Both the position numbers and the translations under genes were made by a program. From NCBI GenBank assembly GCA_963827235.1, contig CAWHAE010000012.1, positions 1,248,001 to 1,312,000 on the forward strand: a DNA stretch of 64,000 bases. The letters run 5' to 3'. This document shows, piece by piece, positions 58,533 to 64,000 of the stretch. Under the pieces are notes generated by a model that searched no databases, was not told where the DNA came from, and saw only the letters and a program-made list of their open reading frames with translations. This DNA is from an uncultured bacterium. GTDB taxonomy: Bacteria; Chloroflexota; UBA5177; JANWHV01. Within the stretch, counting starts at the first letter, position 1, and each line of letters opens with the position of its first letter.

Positions 58533-60620
58533 GTGCCATCGTCATGGCCCGCCGATCGTACGCTCTTCCAGGAGGGCGATCCGTGCGACCCGCGCTTCGA
58601 TCTGCGCACCGACGCCGCCATCACCTACGGCATTAACCGCACGTTGCCTGCAAGAGTGGCAGGCTGGCGCGAACGCGGCTATCGCGTGCACGTGATGACC
58701 GGACTTGCCTGGGGCAACTACCAGGACTATTTGCTCGGCCGGTGGGACGGCCGCGATCATTGGGACGACGCTCAGCGCCAGGCGGACGGCAAACCCAGGC
58801 AGCACGGTCCGGATATCCCCTACATGGTGCCGAGCGATGCGTACGCGGCCTACCTCGAGTCGCTCCTGCGAACGGCAATCGAGGCGGGAGTCGAAGGCGT
58901 ATTCCTCGAGGAGCCCGAGTTCTGGGCCTCCACCGGCTACGGGCGTACCCTCGAGCGCGCCTGGCTTGCGCGCTACGACACGCCGTACCGCGATCCGGCC
59001 CTGGACCCGCAGGCATTCGCCCTCGCCGCCGAGCTCAAGCATGAACTCTACCGGGCCTTGATCGATCGGCTCTGCAATGCGGTGAGCAGGATGAGCGCAG
59101 GCCGTGATGGCGGCTCGATTCCCTGCCACGTGGCTACACACAGTCTCATGAGCTACGCCTACAACAACATCGTCAGCCCGGTGTCGGCCCTGCGCGCGGT
59201 GGACGACTGCCGAGGCGTCATTCTCCAGGTCTGGAGCCACACCGCTCGCTGCCAGGTCATGTATGAGGGGCAGCGGTGCGAGAAGCTTCTCGAGGTGGGA
59301 TTCCTGGAATATGCCTCGGGCCTCGAGCTGGTGCGCGGGACCGATCGGCACCTGTGGTTCCTGGCCGACCCGGTCGAGGACCGGCCGGACTTCGGCTGGG
59401 CTCGCTACCGGTCCGATTATCATGCCACGATCGTCGCCTCCCTCTTTCACCCCAGCGTCTGCGCCTTCGAGGTGATGCCCTGGCCGATGCGGGTGTTCAC
59501 CGGCTTGTATCCGCGCCGCGCGGACGGGCCGCCCGGTGACCCAATCCCGGAAGCCTACGCATCCGAGCTGCTGGCCATCGCCAACGCCTTGAGCGCCATG
59601 CCCTCCGAGCCGGTCGCCTGGGACTGCGGCACGCGGGGCGTCGGCGTGCTGACGGCCGACAGCCTGATGTTTCGCCGGCGCGGCCCGGCGCACGACGACC
59701 CGGAGCTGTCCGCGTTTTTCGGCCTGGCACTGCCGCCGATATGCGCCGCCATGACCGTACAACCGGTAAGCCTGGAGACGGTTGGCGTGATCGGCGTGCC
59801 GGAGGATGTGCGCGTGCTGCTACTCAGCTACGACGGCATGACGCCACCCAGCGCCGCCGCGCACGAGGGGCTGGCCGCCTGGGTCCGGGCCGGCAACGCC
59901 CTGGTCCTCTTCGGATCCGCCGACGGCCCCTATGAGCGCGTGCCGGCCTGGTGGAACGACGGTGTCGGCGGGCGCGGTCCATTGCCGCACCTCGCCGGCC
60001 TGCTGGGTGTGACGCTGCAGCCGGGGATGCACCGCGCCGGCAAGGGCGTGGTGTGCATCGAGCTCGAGGGACCGGTCTCCCTGGCGCGCCGACCCGAAGG
60101 CGCCGGTATCGTACGCACGCTGCTGCGCCGGACGCTGGATGCCCTGGGAGCTGATGCGCCGGCATATCGCGAACAGCGCTACATGGTCCTGCGGCGCGGC
60201 CCCTACGTGATCGCCGCCGCGCCGGGCGAGTGGCAGCGCGATCCGGCGCCGGCGCTGAGTCTCGAAGGGTGCTTCGTCGACATGCTGGACGGCAGCCTGC
60301 CGGTCCGGCGGACTCTCGAGCTCCACTCCGGCGAGCACGCCTTCCTTCTCGACGTCGAGCACCGCCGTCCGGAGCGCGCAGCCGTGCTGGCGGCATCGGG
60401 CCGCGTGCGGGACGTCGTGATCGAAGGGAGCCGCCTGAGCTTCCGCCTCAGCGGGCCGTCCAACACGGGTGCCGCGGTGCGTCTGCTGCTGCCCTCGGGA
60501 CCACGGTCGGCCACGGCCGGCGGCGAGCAGGTGGGCTTCGCCTGGGATGCCGGCAGCCGCACCGCGCTGCTACGCCACGAGAACCAGCCTGGCGGCGTAG
60601 AGTATAGGGTTGAGTGGTAG
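58533..60620 (+). CDS. Uncharacterised glycoside-hydrolase-like protein (TIM-barrel-like + GATase1-like domain)
   Basis: AGGAGG RBS + GTG; MTGLAWG.Y, FLEEPEFW, QVW..T.R, DPVED, EVMPWP.R, VLLLSY..M.P...L..WV..G..LV. Confidence 0.7.
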   Translation: MPSSWPADRTLFQEGDPCDPRFDLRTDAAITYGINRTLPARVAGWRERGYRVHVMTGLAWGNYQDYLLGRWDGRDHWDDAQRQADGKPRQHGPDIPYMVPSDAYAAYLESLLRTAIEAGVEGVFLEEPEFWASTGYGRTLERAWLARYDTPYRDPALDPQAFALAAELKHELYRALIDRLCNAVSRMSAGRDGGSIPCHVATHSLMSYAYNNIVSPVSALRAVDDCRGVILQVWSHTARCQVMYEGQRCEKLLEVGFLEYASGLELVRGTDRHLWFLADPVEDRPDFGWARYRSDYHATIVASLFHPSVCAFEVMPWPMRVFTGLYPRRADGPPGDPIPEAYASELLAIANALSAMPSEPVAWDCGTRGVGVLTADSLMFRRRGPAHDDPELSAFFGLALPPICAAMTVQPVSLETVGVIGVPEDVRVLLLSYDGMTPPSAAAHEGLAAWVRAGNALVLFGSADGPYERVPAWWNDGVGGRGPLPHLAGLLGVTLQPGMHRAGKGVVCIELEGPVSLARRPEGAGIVRTLLRRTLDALGADAPAYREQRYMVLRRGPYVIAAAPGEWQRDPAPALSLEGCFVDMLDGSLPVRRTLELHSGEHAFLLDVEHRRPERAAVLAASGRVRDVVIEGSRLSFRLSGPSNTGAAVRLLLPSGPRSATAGGEQVGFAWDAGSRTALLRHENQPGGVEYRVEW

Positions 60621-60738
60621 CGTCTGGACCCGGTAGCAGCGGCGCTCGTGCTCAGCGTGCTCGGCGACGGAGGAACAGAGCGTCTCCGTGCCGTGTATGG
60701 ACCTCCCACGGTGCGCGACCCGCGGCCGGCAACCGTGC

Positions 60739-62649
60739 TCAGGACGTGGTCAAGGCAAAGACCACCAACTGCTTGTTGTCTGGACTTGTGATTTGCAGCG
60801 TCGATCCGCCTGCCAGGCTGATAGCCGCGCGGCGTGGGCCGTAGCCCGTGCGGGCCACGAACGTCGCCTGGCGCACCGCCTTCCCTTTCGCGTTCAGCAC
60901 GGTGAGCTGGAGGTGCGCGATCAGGGTGGAGACGTCCTGGAGAGCAATGCCATACAGGGCGCTGAACGTGCCGTGCCGGCCATGCAGGGAAGCGATGTTC
61001 AGCGTCGCGGAGCCGCACCCGTTCACGTACAGCGACCACTGCTCGAGCGCGACCTCATGGATCAGCTCGAAGTCCTGCGTGGCCACTCCCACGTTGCAGG
61101 ACACCTTGAAGATACGTGGATCGACGGCGGTGCCCCCAGTAGTGCTGACGGGCGGCTCGCTGGGCGGGAACACGCGGTCGTAGAGCGTGGCGTGCCCGGT
61201 CAACCGCAGATCATAGAGAATGGCGTTCGCGTTGCTGGTGAATGTGATCTGCACGATGCTGGCTCCGTCGATGCCGGCGCCGATAGTCACGGCGGGCTGA
61301 CCGAGGCTGGCAGTCACGTTCTTGATCGTCAGCGGCTTGCTGTTCTGGTCGAATACCACCAGGCGAGCGGCCATCGTCTTGCCGCCGCTGGCGTCCGATA
61401 CGCCGATTTTCGCCGAGAACGTGCCGTTGGCGTTGGTCATGATCAGCTCAGCCACGCCGCAGCCCTCGACGGCAATGTAGTTGTCGCGCAGGACCGGCTG
61501 ATGGTCTACCGTGGTGTCCGAGGTGCCCAGGCCGGCGTTGCAGATGCCGACCACTGAGTCCGGCGCGATGGGAATCGACCCGCCGCTCGGGCTGCCGAAC
61601 TCCTGATGATCGGGATTGTGATGCGGCGCCACCGCGGACGGCAGGAAACTGATCCCGGTCACGACGAGCTGCACGTTGGTGTCGCCGCCGTCCATGGTGA
61701 AGGTCGCGGTGCTGCCGCCTTGCAGGTTGACCCATATCGGCTGCAACCCGCCACCGAGATAATCGAGGCCGATCGACTTGCGCAGCAAATGGCCGGTTGC
61801 ATCCAGCACGCGCAACCCCACCTGGGTGGGAAGGCTGCTATACACCGAAGTATCGTTCAAGCCGTAGCGCAGGGCCAGCGCACCCTTCTCAGACGCGGGT
61901 ATCTGCACCGTCACCTTGCCGCAGCCTTCCATCTGCAGCGAGCCGGTCGACGTGATAGCCACCGCGCTGACCGTGCTTTGAGTAGTCGAGGCTCCCGCGT
62001 TGCACTCCAGCTTCACGTCCCCGCTCGGCACGGCCGTCCCGCCGGAGGGGAGGCCCTGGCCCGTCAGAGGCGCCGGCGCAAGCGCGCGTGCCAGGCCGGT
62101 CAGCTTCATCCCGAAGACGAAGCTGTCGACCGGTATGGGAAAGGTGAGCGCCAGCGTGACGCCGCCGGACAAATCGAAGTCGACATGGGCGGCGGCGCCC
62201 TTCGTCGCCTTGACGTCCATCGTGCGAAGGAGGAAGCCACCGGACGCGAGCAGGAAGAGGCGCAGAACGGCGGACGTGCCCGAGGCCGCGTCGGAGACGG
62301 CGAACGACGCCTGGAAGTGCCCGCTTGCCGGATCGTTCAGGTAGAGCACTGACTGGCCGCAGCCGCCGACGTTGCCGATCGCCGTGCCTGCTGCCAGCGC
62401 CGTACCGGCAGCTTTCGCGGCACTGCCGTTCGGCCCTGTGTTGCAGGTGGAGACGAAACTGGCCGGTACCGGCGCCGCAGCGGTCGGCATGCCGAGCAGC
62501 GGCCCGGGGAAAGCCGGCGTAGGAAGCGCGGCCGGGTCACCTGCCGATGCCGCACGCGCACTCGCAGTGGAGAGACTGGAGAAGACGATCAGTGCAAGCG
62601 CGGACAAGCACCTCACGAGTGCCGGTCGGCCGAAAAGCGAGCCAGCCAT
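60739..62649 (-). CDS. Secreted protein with four Cys-paired NPCBM-like beta-sandwich repeats
   Basis: Signal peptide (ARA-A); four ~140-aa repeats, each CN.G...GCG...F.A..G..D...L.V.D..G...V.L.G.S.L.IT. Confidence 0.75.
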   Translation of the reverse strand: MAGSLFGRPALVRCLSALALIVFSSLSTASARAASAGDPAALPTPAFPGPLLGMPTAAAPVPASFVSTCNTGPNGSAAKAAGTALAAGTAIGNVGGCGQSVLYLNDPASGHFQASFAVSDAASGTSAVLRLFLLASGGFLLRTMDVKATKGAAAHVDFDLSGGVTLALTFPIPVDSFVFGMKLTGLARALAPAPLTGQGLPSGGTAVPSGDVKLECNAGASTTQSTVSAVAITSTGSLQMEGCGKVTVQIPASEKGALALRYGLNDTSVYSSLPTQVGLRVLDATGHLLRKSIGLDYLGGGLQPIWVNLQGGSTATFTMDGGDTNVQLVVTGISFLPSAVAPHHNPDHQEFGSPSGGSIPIAPDSVVGICNAGLGTSDTTVDHQPVLRDNYIAVEGCGVAELIMTNANGTFSAKIGVSDASGGKTMAARLVVFDQNSKPLTIKNVTASLGQPAVTIGAGIDGASIVQITFTSNANAILYDLRLTGHATLYDRVFPPSEPPVSTTGGTAVDPRIFKVSCNVGVATQDFELIHEVALEQWSLYVNGCGSATLNIASLHGRHGTFSALYGIALQDVSTLIAHLQLTVLNAKGKAVRQATFVARTGYGPRRAAISLAGGSTLQITSPDNKQLVVFALTTS

Positions 62650-62835
62650 GCGGACCACCCCTTCTTCACAACGCTGGGCAGACACGCAACATGCCTGCCA
62701 ACCACAACACCGTGAGCGTCCACAGCAGGTAGCCGCTCTCTTCAGACTACCAGGTGAGCTAGAGTTGCCCACGTTCTCGCCTTCGAAGGGTGCCGGCACC
62801 GTAGATGATTCGGGCAGCGGGCTGTTCCTATCTGC

Positions 62836-63453
62836 CTATACGGCGAGCAGCGCCGCGAGATCTTGCGCCGCCTGCCCGGGGTCGTATGCCTGGTCGAGCA
62901 GCTCGCGCTCCTTGCCCTGACGGTCGACGAGATAGGTGATGATCGTGTGCTCGACATCGCCGGTTTTCGACGGTCGCACGAGGATGTGATAGGCTCGCCA
63001 GAGCGGCGCCAGGTCTCGCTGCGCGCCGAGCAGCACGTGCAGAGGCACGGTGACGCGGTTCGTGCGCACGAAGGCCAAGGCCTGGGCGCGAGTGTTCTGC
63101 GGATTCACGCTGAGGGCAAGCCAGGTGATCTGGCCGGCCCTGGCGCCCAGCGCCTGCGCCGTGCGATCCAGATACCGAGCCGTGACCGGACATTCAGTGG
63201 TGCACGTCGCATCCAGGAACGTGAGCACGACCGGTCGGCCGGCAAGGCGCGCCAGGGACACCCGATCGCCACGCTGGTCGCGCAGGTCGAAAGCGGGCGC
63301 GGCGTTCCCGTCTAGAACCGTCCCGGCTACCAGATGCACCTGCGCGCCGGCGCTGTTCGCCGGGACGATCAGCAGCCGCGTCGCCACGAACAGGCCGGCG
63401 GCGAACAGCGCCACTATCGCCGCGATCCGGCGGGCAGAGGGTGTGAAGGTCAC
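62836..63453 (-). CDS. SCO/SenC-family copper chaperone (thioredoxin fold)
   Basis: TM anchor, APAFDLRDQ.G, CTTECP (CxxxCP), conserved His (VEHT), YLVD..G; GAGGAG RBS. Confidence 0.88.
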   Translation of the reverse strand: MTFTPSARRIAAIVALFAAGLFVATRLLIVPANSAGAQVHLVAGTVLDGNAAPAFDLRDQRGDRVSLARLAGRPVVLTFLDATCTTECPVTARYLDRTAQALGARAGQITWLALSVNPQNTRAQALAFVRTNRVTVPLHVLLGAQRDLAPLWRAYHILVRPSKTGDVEHTIITYLVDRQGKERELLDQAYDPGQAAQDLAALLAV

Positions 63454-63699
63454 GGCACTCGCTCCTCGAGACTCGGTATGCGATCGGTCCCTCTATAGCC
63501 AACATACCTGGAGCATCGATGGACGGCGGCGCGGATCGAGGTCATGTCTCCGGCAAGGGCGCGCGGCGTCTGCAACGCCAGCATTCGCCGCGAGGAGCCT
63601 CCCCTCCTGGTCTCGGGGTACGCGTGCGCGGGGCCAGTCGTGGGCTCAGCCCGCCTTCCTCGGCCGGCGGGTGTGGTGCGGAGCCGGCCGATGCGCCTC

Positions 63700-64000
63700 T
63701 CAGACGCCGCGCCGAGCCTGCTGAAACCAGCCGACGGCAAAGTCGACCGCGGCACACTGGCGGAAAAGTCGCGCCTCGGCTGCTCCCACTCGGCCGAGGT
63801 GCACGGCGCCTGTCTCCTCAAACGCAGCGCCCAGCGCCACGAAGTCCCCGTCGTCCAGCGCGATCTCCTGGTGCCGGCGCCAGACTCGCTCGCCGTCCTC
63901 GTCGACCGCGGCCGCCTGCGTCGTGGCGGGCGATCGCCGCGTGCGATACTCTGCCAGATGAAAGGACGTGTTCCTGTCGTGGCCGACGCCGAGCAGCAAC
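63700..64000 (-). CDS. Aminoglycoside N3-acetyltransferase (AAC(3)/YokD-like) family, C-terminal part (partial)
   Basis: LLGVGHDRNTSFHLAE signature, DF..LG..FE, G.VG.A..RL. Confidence 0.85.
   Translation of the reverse strand, partial: LLLGVGHDRNTSFHLAEYRTRRSPATTQAAAVDEDGERVWRRHQEIALDDGDFVALGAAFEETGAVHLGRVGAAEARLFRQCAAVDFAVGWFQQARRGV

Noticed and set aside
1-64000. CRISPR array, rRNA, tRNA, IS/transposase, integrase or prophage genes
   Set aside because: No regularly spaced identical repeats, cloverleaf/T-loop signatures or DDE/tyrosine-recombinase motifs were seen by eye. Short RNAs could have been missed.
63700-64000. AAC(3) as an acquired resistance gene
   Set aside because: Host-like GC and no mobile context; YokD-like homologs are common chromosomal genes, and the gene is only partly visible.

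Overview
High-GC (roughly two-thirds G+C by eye) bacterial chromosome window. The gene families (XRE-NB-ARC-TPR regulators, PT-rich secreted proteins, YncE-like propellers, many GT-C enzymes) suggest a soil Chloroflexota-like organism; this is inference. 0-17.3 kb is a mannoside/sugar-acid locus: two uxuA mannonate dehydratases, an extended SDR, GH38, a GntR-LacI hybrid regulator, a sugar ABC binding protein with two permeases, a GH42-like enzyme and a frameshifted GH2. 17.4-27.9 kb is an accessory zone of intact orphans and gene remnants (STAND regulator, ECF41 sigma stub with both promoters intact, YncE propeller, Cap4-like nuclease stub, FG-GAP). 28-38.6 kb is a minus-strand MFS / STAND regulator / SBP / GH36 / URO-D-like / AKR run. 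38.7-56.3 kb holds an orphan soluble chemoreceptor, an O-antigen-ligase-like gene overlapping a PT-rich secreted protein, a ~125-nt hairpin before mntP, an antiporter, FKBP and four GT-C glycosyltransferases. 56.7-64 kb has hypotheticals, a 4x Cys-paired NPCBM-like secreted protein, SCO and a partial AAC(3). I recognised no rRNA, tRNA, CRISPR array or intact mobile element. The best candidates for new biology are a bacterial oxidative mannose-to-mannonate pathway, a Wzy_C/PT-protein/GT-C surface glycosylation system, and the structured RNA upstream of mntP. All family calls come from motif recognition by eye, not database searches.
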